The notes under the pieces are model-generated. The model searched no databases and was not told where the DNA came from. It saw only the letters and a program-made list of their open reading frames with translations. Shown piece after piece: positions 1 through 11,286 of a stretch of 64,000 nt of DNA. The first letter of the stretch is position 1; every line of letters begins with the position of its first letter. The stretch is from Hypanus sabinus (taxonomy: Eukaryota). The translations under genes were made by a program, and so were the position numbers. The stretch covers positions 142,042,001 to 142,106,000 of the forward strand of contig NC_082710.1 in the NCBI RefSeq assembly GCF_030144855.1. The letters are read 5' to 3'.

Positions 1-470
1 TTATAGGTTCTGAAAGTTCCAGAAAGATCCTGATAGGGTGAATGGGAGAGGCTGTTTTACCTGACATGGTGTTTCAGACCTGTTGCTGACCTCTTGGAAT
101 AAAGGGATGACTTTTTAAGATGGAGGAATCTTAGGAGGTCATGAACCTTTGGAATTATTGATCCTAGAGAGCAAAGGGGGCTGTTTTATTGGAAAACAAC
201 AACACATCAGACATGTTTTGAGGGTCCTGCAGTTCCCAGAAAAGCTTAATCAGAACCCAAAGAGCTAGAGTGTAAGCAAGTCACCCTCAACCCCGAGGAG
301 AAGCCTCAAGAGAGATTGAATAAATATGGCTGAAATGGTTGAACGTTTTGGATCACAGAGTACTCAAGGATTATGGGTATCAGGTAAAAGAGATGACAAG
401 AGATTTAATCATTTTCAAAAAAGAATATCATCTTGAGGAACCATGTACAGTTACTCCGATATGTTATGCT
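1..470 (+). mobile_element. Highly decayed CR1-type LINE 3' fragment
   Basis: Degenerate similarity to the 3' end of the better preserved CR1 copies in this window (gatagggtg...ggctgttt, gaacctttggaatt, ggattatggg). Confidence 0.45.
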
Positions 471-569
471 CCTTTCTTTAAGAGGCTCTGGTAAGCTCAC
501 CTCCACTACTGCTATGAGGGAGGGAATTACAAGGATTCACCATGCAAAGCAAGTCATTCAAACTTGAAT

Positions 570-1530
570 GAACTTATACAAATGTACTATTGAAAATATC
601 CTGACTGGGTTGCACCATGGTCTCGACTGCTAATTCAAATGCACAGGAACATAAGAAGCTGCAAAGAGTCGTAGACTCTACCCAAAACATCATGGCACGT
701 CCCTCCTCACCACTGATAGTTCCTACAGGAGGTGCTGCCTCAAGAAGGAAACATCTATCATCAAAAATCTTCAATAGCTGGGCATGCCATCTTCTCGTAA
801 CAGAATCATGAGGTCCCACACCACCAAGTTCAGGAACAGCTTCTTCTCTTCAACCATTTGGTTCTTGAACCAACCAGCACAACCCTACTCATTACATCAG
901 TATAATGACACTATGATCATCTTGTAGCAAAAAGGAAGTTTTTTTTCCAAGTTGTTCTTTCCTGTAAAATTTTGCATAATTGAAAAAGAGCATTTGAAGG
1001 CTCTGGGCCTAGAATTCAGAAGAAAGAGGGGGAATCTCATTGAAACCTATTGAATTTTGAAAGGCCTCAATAGAGTAGATGTGGGGAGTTTAAGACCAAA
1101 AGATGCAGCCTCAGCATAGAGGGGTGTCCATTTAGAATGGAGATGAGGAGGAATTTCTTTAGCCAGGAAGTAGTGAATCTATGGAATTTGTTGCTACAGG
1201 TAGCTGTGGAGGCAAGGGTATTAGGTATATTTAAGAAAGAGGCTAATAGATTCCTGATTAGAAAGGGCATGAAGGGATACAGGAAGAAAGCAAGAGATTG
1301 GGGCTGAGTGGGAAATGGATCAGTCATGATGGAGTAGACTCAAATGGCCAGATGGCCTACCTCTGTTCTGATATCTTATGGTCTTATAATCTTTTCTGTT
1401 TTTCTTGTGAATGTTGCATTTTCGAATGCTATGTGGACGTGATGTTGCTGCAAGTAAGTTTTTTTACACTGCACCAATGCATACATGCACTTGTGCACAT
1501 GACAATAAACTTGACTGCAGTTTTGACTTC
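570..1530 (+). mobile_element. Rex1/Babar-type LINE 3' fragment, split by a CR1 insertion at ~985-1387
   Basis: aacttatacaaatgtactattgaaaatatcctgactgg reads NLYKCTIENILTG (Rex C-terminal FYRCTIESILT motif); the 3' UTR resumes after 1387 and ends gacaataaacttgact. Confidence 0.75.
985..1387 (+). mobile_element. CR1 LINE 3' fragment
   Basis: ORF2 C-terminal remnant (gagatgaggaggaatttctttagccag, RRNFFSQ) followed by 3' UTR and a cttatggtctta tail. Confidence 0.85.
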
Positions 1531-1729
1531 AACAATGATCACTCAGAAAGCTTTAAACATTTCCCTGCGTCGTGTGTAATTTTTGTATTTAAATGTATCA
1601 GTTTGCTTTTCGTACTTCCGAAAACCAGTCATTCCAAAACTTTGCCGTGAGTTGTGTGCATTTCCAGGGGGGAAAAAAAAACATGTGGAAGTAACTGGGA
1701 TTATAAGCACATTTACCCCTAGATCTATC

Positions 1730-2100
1730 TTGCAGCTGGATGTTTGCACATACAGGAAGTGATTGATACCTTCGGAAGCATAATACATAAATGGAAAAGG
1801 ACTGGAGATCATTAGCTTGCAGCTGTTGAGTGATTAACAACACCATTTTATGCAGGTTAATGTCCACAGCAGTCAGAATGTTTTCATCCTGCACCAGACA
1901 TCTGTGCAAGTTTCATTTTACAGAGAAGTCGTGATAGGTCTCCTACAGCTCTTGGCCACCTTCTTCAACTCTGACTAATGACACAAATCAAGTTAATGTG
2001 ACATGGGCAATGGCAGAACACAAATACAGTCGTGGCCAGGCAGCCACTAGGGTCATTACTGAGCATGCAATTGGCATCCTCAAATAGTTCTTCTGATGCA
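1730..2100 (+). pseudogene. PIF/Harbinger (HARBI1-like DDE) transposase fossil
   Basis: Manual translation gives ordered motifs YINGKG (1784), SLQLLSD*QHHFMQVN...SSQNVFILHQT (1813), GHLLQL*LMT (1954) and EHKYSRGQAATRVITEHAIGILK*FF*C (~2016), matching Harbinger YxNRKG / NVQLVCD / GSxHDAFIL / GYPLxxWLMTP / YNxxHxxTRxxIExxIGxLKxRFRC; contains stops and frameshifts. Confidence 0.72.
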
Positions 2101-2719
2101 CAGGGAGGCAACAGGGAGAATTGGAAATGCACAAAGCTTCCTATGCTAATTGTGGCAGTGCAAAATCTTTCTCCCACTCTAACAGCAGAAGAAGAAAGCG
2201 AGAAATGGAAAGGTTACTGAGCAGGTGGAAATTGGAGTAAATAGGGATTAAACGATGCCGATTTTCTTAAAGTATGTATTTTGCAAGAGAAGTCCACTGT
2301 ACCACCCATTTCGTACATGGCCAAACCCAACCAGGCCCATGGGATTTGACAGCAGCAGACAGATATTCTGAAGCAGCAAGTCCTCCTGACAAACGAGCCA
2401 TTGGTAATGAATGGTCTTTATCCAAGGGCACTAGAAAGTGAAATAAGATTTGTTGGAAATCATTATGAAGTAGTCTTTGCATACTGGGGAAGTACCTGAC
2501 AATTAGAAGCAATCTGACATTTAGACTGTAACTAAAATGTATTCAACCTGTCACATTACTAAGCCTCAGGTTCTGTTGCAAATACAAATCAGGCATCTAT
2601 AAAGGTCACCTCTTACAGATACCATGACCTGAAGTGGGAAACTTACAGCCAAGCCTTGCATTTGTATAGCAACACAAAGAGGAGACAGTCATACAACTGG
2701 AACACTACTTAATGCTAAC

Positions 2720-3145
2720 ACCCTCCAGGACCTCTGCACTCTATTACACAGTACTTTCTTCAGCCCAGCTGCTCTCTGAGATATCCACACTCCTCCAGTA
2801 CTGACCTGCCTCCATTTCCAGACTGGCAGGTCTCTGAGATAACCACATTCCTCCTGAGCTAATTTATCTTGATTTCCAGCCTGGCAGCTCTTTGAGATAT
2901 CCACACTCCTCCAGTGCAGATCTGTCTCAATTTCCAGCCTCGTCGCTCTCTGAAATATCCACTCCTCCAGGACTGATGTGTCTCGATTTCCAGCCTGGCA
3001 TTCTTCCAGTGCTGATCTGTCTTGAATTCCAAATTTCCATTACTGCCTACTCTACCTTCAGCTGTCTGAGCCCTTATCTTAAAATTCCCTTCTCAACCTC
3101 TCCTATTTTCTTTAATAAGTTCTTTTTAATTTAATTCTTTGACCA
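2720..3145 (+). mobile_element. Ancient L2-type LINE 3' fragment hosting the minisatellite
   Basis: Downstream ccttcagctgtctgagccct...aattccct...ctttgaccaa resembles the L2 end (AFS.LGP.LWNSLP...KT.LF). Confidence 0.5.
2770..3032. repeat. 58-bp period degenerate minisatellite, about 4.5 copies
   Basis: ctctgagatatccacactcctccag-type unit starts at 2774, 2832, 2890 and 2948. Confidence 0.88.
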
Positions 3146-3344
3146 AAATTTAAAATTGGCATTGTGATTCTCAGATGTAGCATGCTGAAACGGGAATATT
3201 TAATCATATCCTTTGAACTGTGCTGCAACCAGGCCACCCTGAATGTGCTCTGAAAGTCAATAAATTACAAAACTGTGGTGGTATGGTTTCCACATGGACT
3301 AGTTTTGTGTATTTACTGACTCACAGGCAAGCTCAACTTTGAGA

Positions 3345-4245
3345 CATCCTTTGGAAGTTTCCTGACTGACTGCAACTGGTACAGCAACTCAAATGCACAG
3401 CAATGGAAGAAGCTCCAGAGAGGAGAGGATTCTGGCCAGAACATCACATACACATCCCTTCCCACTCGCGGTAGTAGCTACAGGAGGTGTTGCCTCAAGA
3501 AGGCAATATCTATCATCAGTGTTCCCCATCATTCAGGCGAGGCCGTCTTCTCACAGCTACTGTTGAGCAGGAGGTAGGGAACCCTGAAGTCCACAGAACC
3601 CAGGTTCTAGAAGAACTACATTCCTTCATCCACTTGGTTCTTAAACCAACCGGCACAACCCTAATATCTCCAGTTTATAAACACTATGGCCATCTGGATC
3701 ACTTTGCACTAAATGGGCTTCTTTTTGTTCTAATTACCTTCTTTCTTGTAAAATTGTGAATAATTTTTGGTTAATTTTTGTGTCCTTTGTCATGAATGAT
3801 GCTCATCTGATGCCTTATGCCTGTAATGCTGCAACAAGCATCTTTTTCATTGCATGTGTATATACGAGGGGTGATTGATAAGTTTGTGGCCTATGGTAGA
3901 AGGAGATGAGTTATACAGCTCTCGTTACATGCATGTGCAGTTAAAATCTTTGAGTGATTATGCACAAGGTTTGAAGTTAATAACTCATCTCCTTCTACCT
4001 TAGGCCATGAGCTTATCAATCATGTCTCATATAACCACTTCTGGAGGTCCAAGGTGCTGACTTCGACAAAGAAGGGATCTGAATGCTCCACGACCGCTGG
4101 ACTAAGTGTGTAAATGTAGGAGGGGACGATGTTGAAAAATAAATGTGCTACGTTTTCTAAAATTGACTCCTTCTACCTTAGGCCACAAACTTATCAATCA
4201 CCCCTCATACATGTATGTGTGCATAAGATAATGAGACTAACTTTG
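3345..4245 (+). mobile_element. Rex1/Babar 3' fragment interrupted by a mariner element
   Basis: Similar to 570-1530 (aggtgttgcctcaagaaggca, cttaaaccaaccggcacaaccctaat); the tail resumes at 4210. Confidence 0.7.
3865..4207 (+). mobile_element. Non-autonomous mariner (Tc1/mariner) deletion derivative
   Basis: TIR cgaggggtgattgataagtttgtggcct / aggccacaaacttatcaatcacccctca, flanked by TA (3863-64, 4208-09); interior encodes a mariner C-terminus EVQGADFDKEGI*MLHDRWTKCVNVGGDDVEK* (4044-4142). Confidence 0.92.
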
Positions 4246-5843
4246 AAAAACTGATCTTGTTGTTTGCCCAGGAAGTCATGCATTCAGTGAGAAGCAGGTT
4301 AGGGACATGAGCACCACTGAGGTAGTGCTCAGGATTTCAGATTCCTTGGGATCATTTTGTCACAAGAATCACCCCTCGTAATGATGAGCAGACAGAATCT
4401 GTAATTACTGACAACTAGTTTGATTGTCTCAGTGGAAGAACACATTAACTTGCACAGTCATACCTGTGTTCACCTGTAAAGTTTTCCAGACCTTCCCTGT
4501 ACAGTCAAAGAATAGAAAATATACAGAAATACCAGTTAGAAAGGGGTTTCTGCTGCCGGCCATATGTTCCTCATAGTCCCATTTTGAATCTCCATGTCCA
4601 TGGGGCACCTCACATCCATGATAGTTGGTCTCTGGAGAGTTATCACTATCTTGTATCTGAAAACTTCTGCTTTTACATCCATTCCTTACTAGCTGAAATG
4701 TTACATTCCAATGTCATTGGCTGTGGGTCATGTGCCTGACCTTTAACACCTTTTTATTGGCTCTGCTCCAAGCCAGCATCCTTTTATTGCCCTCTTCCCA
4801 GTGAGTGACATTTGGTAATTTATGGCTCTTTGTTCTCAATCAGCAACCAGCTCAAATCACTTAGGGCAGAGACAGACCCCAACAGTCACAAACCTGCATG
4901 TTATATCCAACCAAAGAACACCTTGCAAATAATTTCTTACTTGGAAATGATCCCAAGCCCAGCAGGCTACCTGAGGCACCTTTGTGTCCACTTCAAAACA
5001 CTGATCAAGCTAAGCAATAAGCTCACAAAATGGAGGACATAAAACAGTTCCACAAAATGGCAGCCTCTATTCCCGAGCACTTGGCAAGAACAGAGACAAT
5101 TGGTCTGCCAGCTTCCACTGTCCCTGATTCATTAAGATTCACTGATCTGTAGAATGTAGTTCCTTCTGGCCGACAGATTTCAGTGCAAGAGTCCCACGGA
5201 AAAGTAAGTTAGTGAACAGAGAAGATCCTTCCATCTTATATCCGCTGAATGACTGTTTGTATTGAGGTGATTGAACAAATGCTTCATACATCTGTGGCCA
5301 CGGTCTCTGAGTGCCTCTCCAACCACAGTAGTCAGCTTTTGTTTAAGTGTCTATTTTGCTACTACAGATTGCCATTTCAAAGGAAATATTCTGCAGGAGT
5401 AAGGTACTAGTGGGATTAGACATGGCCACCAGTATACTCTGTCAGATCAATTTTATTTCATGGACAACATGCTGTAAGTGTACTTTGGGATTTTATTTTT
5501 GCAAGGTTGCATGTTATTTTTACTATTTAATGGTCTTTTTCAGTTACTAAGCAAATCATTCATGTTGACCACAGTGAGACTGATAGTGTTAGATAACACA
5601 TTTGATTTACAAACACTGGCACACCCTATGGGAGAAATATGTATTAAGTATTACAGCAGAAACAAGAAGATGGTTATTTGTATAGATGAATAATACATCT
5701 CACACTCAGGTTCCTGATGGCTTCAGTCAGCCTAACAGAATAATATACTTTTGCTGTCATACTGTGACTTAGGAAATCCAGGAATGGGAAAACACAATGT
5801 TTCTGAATCTTTGGCTCACTCTACACTTGACATTTCAAGATAA

Positions 5844-6121
5844 TGTGGCGACCCACTTCCTAGCGCACTCGAACCGGCTCACAAATACCCAGCGCGCCGG
5901 CATAAAGGCCAGTCCCAAAAGGGCGCCAGGTCTGCTTCACTAACAAAGGGAAAAGCTCACGCGGGACTGTAAATACGTGCCTCCAACAGCATCCGCGCCC
6001 GGGGAGGGCGGGATCAGGGAGGCTTTAAAGCGAAGCCGCGAAGTTGGAGTAAAATCTTCTTTAACTGCAATTTACCGACTCCGTGTCGTTATTTCAGCAC
6101 TGCGCGTAGCACACCGCTACA
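5844..6121 (+). mobile_element. Young solo LTR (278 bp), probably Gypsy
   Basis: TGTGGCG...CGCTACA termini, 4-bp TSD ATAA (5840-43, 6122-25), CpG-rich relative to flanks; strand inferred from tttaaa then agtaaa. Confidence 0.88.
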
Positions 6122-6189
6122 ATAATCTGCTTATCACTATTTTATATCTTTTATACACTGTTATAAGAAATGAAGAAGTAAATTTTGAC

Positions 6190-7452
6190 TAGAATGTGGA
6201 TTCTATGAGGATTGGTATGCATTCCTTCGTCTTACCCTTCCTGAAGTCCACAATCAGCTCTTTTGTCTTACTGAATTTGAGTGCTAGGTTGTTGCTGTGG
6301 CACCACTCCACTAGTTGTCATATCTCACTCCTGTACGCCCTCTCATCACCACCTGAGACTCTACCAACAATGGCTGTATCATCAGCAAATTTATAGATGG
6401 TATTTGAGCTATGCCTAGCCACAGTCTAGAAAGTAGAGCAGTGGGCTAAGCACACACCCCTGAGGTGCGCCAGTGTTGACCGTCAGCAAGGAGGATATGT
6501 TTCTTTTCTTTCTTTGCCAATCTTTTTATTGATATCAACATATTACAATAACAAAAATTGATACATAATTTTACATAATTATTGGCATTACAAAATTAAA
6601 AGTTAACATAAAAGGATATATAAACAATAGGTATAAAAAAGTAAGTCTCCCGAAATCATACACGATTCAAATATAATGTGTATAAGACAAGAAAACTAGG
6701 TATAACAATATGAAAAAAAAAAACAGAAAAAGAAGAAAAAAAATTAAACCCCAAACAAAAATAGAAAAAAAGAAACTACTCTAACAAGCTAACCACTAAC
6801 TAAAAAAAAGAGAAAGAAAAAGAAACATGGGCTATCTATAACATCTGAGAAAAGAAAAAGAATCATAAGTGTCATCAGCTCCGATCCTCTCTACATGTAT
6901 ATAATCAGAAGCAGAAAGAAATAGGTTTGGAAGAAGGTCAAATTACATCATATGAAGATATTGAATAAATGGCCTCCAAGTCTTTTCAAATTTAATAGAA
7001 GGATCATATATGACGCTGCTAATTTTTTCCAAATTTAAACATAACATAGTTTGAGAAAACCAATGAAATGTGGAAGGGGGATTAATCTCTTTCCAATTCA
7101 ACAAAATAGATATTTTAGCCATCAATGTAAGAAATGTAATCATCCGACAAGCAGAAGGAGATAAATGAATTGACTCTTTCAGGATATGTTACCACCGATC
7201 TGCACGGGTTGTGGTCTTCTGGTTAGGAAGTCGAGGATCCAATTGCAGAGGGAGGTACAGAGGCCCAGGTTCTGCAACTTCTCAATCAGGAATGTGGGAA
7301 TGATGGTATTAATTGCTGAGCTACAGTCGATGAACAGCATCCTGACATCAGTGTTTGTGTTGTCCAGGTGATCTAAAGCCATAGGGAGGACTATTGAGAT
7401 TGGTCTGCCATTGACCTACTGTGGCAATCGGCAAATTGCAATGGGTCCAAGT
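6190..7452 (-). mobile_element. Rex1/Babar LINE reverse transcriptase fragment, split by L1
   Basis: ORF 7179-7382 [28 protein letters not shown]...[10 protein letters not shown]; on the minus strand it continues at 6490 with STGAPQGCVLSPLL and YKFADD. Confidence 0.9.
6502..7180 (-). mobile_element. 5'-truncated L1-type LINE with 10-bp TSD
   Basis: TSD AGGATATGTT (6492-6501, 7181-7190); ORF 6943-7143 ILLNWK..PP...W......LEKI......F..TW.PF is a fish-type L1 ORF2 C-terminus; T-rich 3' UTR, AATAAA and A-rich tail on the minus strand. Confidence 0.88.
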
Positions 7453-7849
7453 CTATGAAGAGTAAGGGTTTCAGTTTGTCTACTGTATACATTCTCAGAT
7501 ATTAAATTGACCCATGGAACTATTGAACCATAGATTTCTAATTCTACCTTTCAACTGTTAATTTCTTAATAAGAAGTTTTACCGGATGCCAATATTTTTG
7601 TTAATTTCCGACTTCTGCCCATCCAGATATTGAGGCAGTTGAAGGTCAACCAGGCTGGTAGAGATGATATCCGGAGATTTACTTTTCAGAAGGACATTCT
7701 TTGAAGCTCAATCCCAAAGGTCTGTAGCATTTGGAACTCACTTTTGCTGTGGATTGCAATCCAGAAAATCAAATGCACAGAATGGAAGAACACTGCCTTC
7801 ACTCGGAGATCTGGTATGGAACCAAACACTCCTGAAAGTTTCTACAGAT

Positions 7850-8190
7850 GTACAGCAAAGAGCATTTGGACTGGTTAAGTTACAGTCTGGTATGGAGGCT
7901 TCAGTGCGTAGGGTCCAAAGAGGCAGTGGAGGGTTGTGGACTCAGGCAGCTTTATCATGGGCACAACACTCCCTGCTGTTTAGGGTATTATCAAGAGACA
8001 GTGCCTCAAGAAAACAGCATACCCCTCTTCTCGGTATTACCATCAGGGAGGAAGTACAGGGGCATAAAGACTCACATTCAACAATTCAGTAACCTCGTTA
8101 TTCTTTTTTATCGACTCTGTTTATTTAGTTTATAATTTGTAGTAATTGTACCTTTGCTCTGTACTGCTGCTGCAAAAACTACAAATTTCA
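7850..8190 (+). mobile_element. Decayed Rex1/Babar 3' fragment
   Basis: ttctacagatgtacagcaaagagcatt, ccatcagggaggaagtacagg, gtactgctgctgcaaaa tail. Confidence 0.65.
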
Positions 8191-8194
8191 TGTT

Positions 8195-8495
8195 GAGAAA
8201 CTGGAGAATAATATAGAGGGGGATGTCAAAGCTAAGTCTTTTATTAAGGTAGTAAGAATGTGTGGAGCGCTCTGCCAGTAGTGGTGGCAGAGGTAGATAA
8301 CTAAGGGAAATTTAAAAATCTCTTGGATCGGCACCTGGAAGGATACCCATAGATTTGGTTTTCTTTGGAAAAAATATGTTAGAAATGGAGGGCTATGTAG
8401 GAGGGAAGGGTTAGATTGATCCTAGAGTAGGTTATAACATTGACACAACATGGTGGGATGAATGGCCTGAACTATGCTTTGGTATGTTCTATGTA
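8195..8495 (+). mobile_element. CR1 3' fragment
   Basis: gtggagcgctctgccagtagtggtggcagagg ... ggcctgaactatgc...gttctatg tail. Confidence 0.65.
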
Positions 8496-9889
8496 ACTAC
8501 CTGTTACTTGTTGATGTATTCATATGAGGGATTGTAATTTACTTACATTAATGTCGTACAGGTAGAAATCTGGCATGTTGTGCTTGGTCTTCTCCTGACA
8601 TGTCTTGAAACTGGCACCATTAGTTTTCAGAATGACCTCCAGAGCATTCTGGTAGAAGCAAAGCTTTTCAGTTTGGACAAATTTTGACATACAGAATAAA
8701 ACCTCACTCTCACATCAGTTATGTGAAATAAATAAATAAACACACATTGAAGTGCGTAGGGGAAATGAACTAGCTTGCTAAGGGCAATGACCACAGGCTG
8801 CCATTTCACAGCAAGAGGTCACTAAAGGCATTTGCTGTGGAAACAGGCAAGGCAATCTTCTCTTTTAAAACTTGCAGTTGCTGGTTCTCTGCGGGAGGCC
8901 ACTTAAGGTTTGTGCAGAACGAACGAGCGAGCCCTGAGGTTAGGTCTATGTTTAAGTCGGGGGTTCGCAGGGCAATTTCAGTGTTCAAGCATTGATCAGT
9001 CCCAAGGATGCTGGACTAGAGCATTTCAATCTGTATTTCAGATCACTGGCTAAGCTCCTGAAGCATAAAACATTAACCACACTTTACAGCGGAACAAGTG
9101 CATTATAAAGTAGCATTAAGTCATCTCCCTTGAGAAGAGAAGGCTGTAGAGGAGCACTGACAAGATGACAAGATGATTTTTGTACACTGAGTTTGCGGAG
9201 TTACTCTTAGTTTCACCAAGTAATGATAGGAAATGTTGGGCTGATTGTTTCCCTATCATGAAACCTAGACCAATAATTCATTACTAGAAAAGAAAGGCAA
9301 AACTTTACCTACAATAAGACTGGACTTTGTGACTACAGGTGAGAACCTTCAGTTATCCAGTCTTCACTCCCTGTAACCTTGTGTATGAACCATCTGGTCT
9401 CCCCAGCTGCTAAAGGGTAATGTTCTGTTCCTCTTTCTCATTACTGCTGCTTCATCACTGTCCGATTTCTGGCGGGGCAGATGTGTACGAACAGGGAGGA
9501 ACAGAAGAGTAAAGTTAATCTGTGGAGGCTCGCCCAAGTCACTGCGATGGCTTAAGGAGGGGGTCCAGGGTGTAGGGTCAGGAGGAATACTCACACGCAT
9601 TAGGAGAACTAAAACAGGTTGAATGCACCTAGTGATTACAACCAGTGACAAGACTGGTAAAGACATTTATTCACTGGTAAATGAGATTAATTCTCCCTCC
9701 TAAGGTTTCATTGATAACTGCGATGTTACGTTTTGCTGGTGTCATCTTCCATTCATTGGCATTCACTTTTAGAATGTTTGCTTTTAAGTGCTTTTAATAC
9801 AGTTGTGAGTATTTGCACCAGATTTCATTGATAAGAAAAGACCAGTAGGATTGGCCCTATTTTGTGAAGCAAAACTGTATGTGTTTAGT

Positions 9890-10540
9890 TATCTGTTAAT
9901 TGGCTTATCATTGTCACAATTTACTGATAAAGTAAAAAGCAGTGTGTCTGCATGCCATCCAGCCAGATTATTCCATGCATCAGAACACTGAGGTAGTACA
10001 AAGAGAAAAGCATTAAATAATGCAGAATATAGTATTATGGTTGTCGAGAAACTGCAATGCAGGCAGACAATAAGGTGCAAGACTCACAACAAGGCAGACT
10101 GAAAGATCACTAGTCCATCTTTAACATGTAAGAGGGTAATTCAAGAGCCTTACAACAATTGGACAGAAGCTGTCCTTGAGTCTGTTGGTATGTGTTCTCA
10201 AGTTTTGTATCCTCTCCCTGATGGGAGGGAGAAGAAGAAAGATTGTTTGGGTGGGAGGGGCATTTGATTACATTGACTGCTTTCCCCAAGCAGTGGGAAG
10301 TATAGACAGAGTCAGTGGAGGCTGGTCTTCCTGATTGATTGGGTTTTCTTCACAATTTCATGGTTTCAAGCAGAGCATCTGCCATAACAAGCTGTATTTC
10401 AAGCATTCAGATAGAAAACTTCCCCTGGTCGATAAAAATTCATGAGGATCGTCAGGGAGATTGCAGAGAAATCTTAATCTTGTCAGGAACTGGAGGCAGT
10501 AGGGTGCTTTCTTGGCAGTGGGATCTGTGTGGGTGGACCA
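9890..10540 (-). mobile_element. Decayed Rex1/Babar 3' fragment
   Basis: Reverse-strand tail (ttatcattgtcaca) and agaagctgtccttgag...cctgatgggaggg core seen in other minus-strand copies. Confidence 0.65.
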
Positions 10541-10599
10541 GGATAAATGTTATGACAGACCAGAGCAAAGTCCAATGTTGAAAATACAAGAGGCCATGT

Positions 10600-10890
10600 C
10601 ATTCCCTCACTTTACAACCAGTGAAGATTTTGGAACTGAAGTTGGTGTTGTATGGATGGTATGACAGTGAAGCCTATTGGGCAAAGCAAGCTCCCACAGA
10701 CAGCAAAGCAATGATGACCAGATCCCTTCCATTGATTTGACTGAATGGGAGCTATTTGCTAGGACACGGAAGAGAGGTCCTTTGTTCACCTCCATAAATG
10801 TACCCTGGGATACTTCATATCCACTTTAATGAGCAGAAAGTGCCTTGTTTAGTGGCTCAGCTGACAGAACAGTACTACACTGGAGACTCA
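10600..10890 (-). mobile_element. Ancient DeuSINE-like (SacSINE1/AmnSINE-type) remnant
   Basis: gggatacttcatatccact...gcagaaagtgccttgtttagtggctca...cagtactacactggag resembles the reverse complement of the Deu domain; recalled similarity only. Confidence 0.5.
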
Positions 10891-11286
10891 AAAGCAAATA
10901 TAGAAATAGAGGTTAAGAACAGTCTCCTTGTCTCCTCCTTCATTCAGTAAGATTACAGCTGATATTCTACCCCAGAATCAGTTCTCTGCACTGTCTCAAT
11001 GTCCCAATTCCCTTAATTGCTTCCAGTTTCCCAATAATATCACAATACTGCCTGAAATTTAACTGAATAGCCTCCTCCTGATGTAGGACAACAACGGAAC
11101 TAGAAGCAGGAGTAAGCCTATTATCCCAAACAGTTTGAAATGTTGAACTTGTATCTCAGTATAACTTTGCTGTGTGAACTTTACTTCACTTGATTCTTTT
11201 AATACCCTATAATCTATTGACATATTTTATAATTCTGATCTCCTGGGCTATGATTTCTGAATCCATCATCATACTTCCAATGTTAC

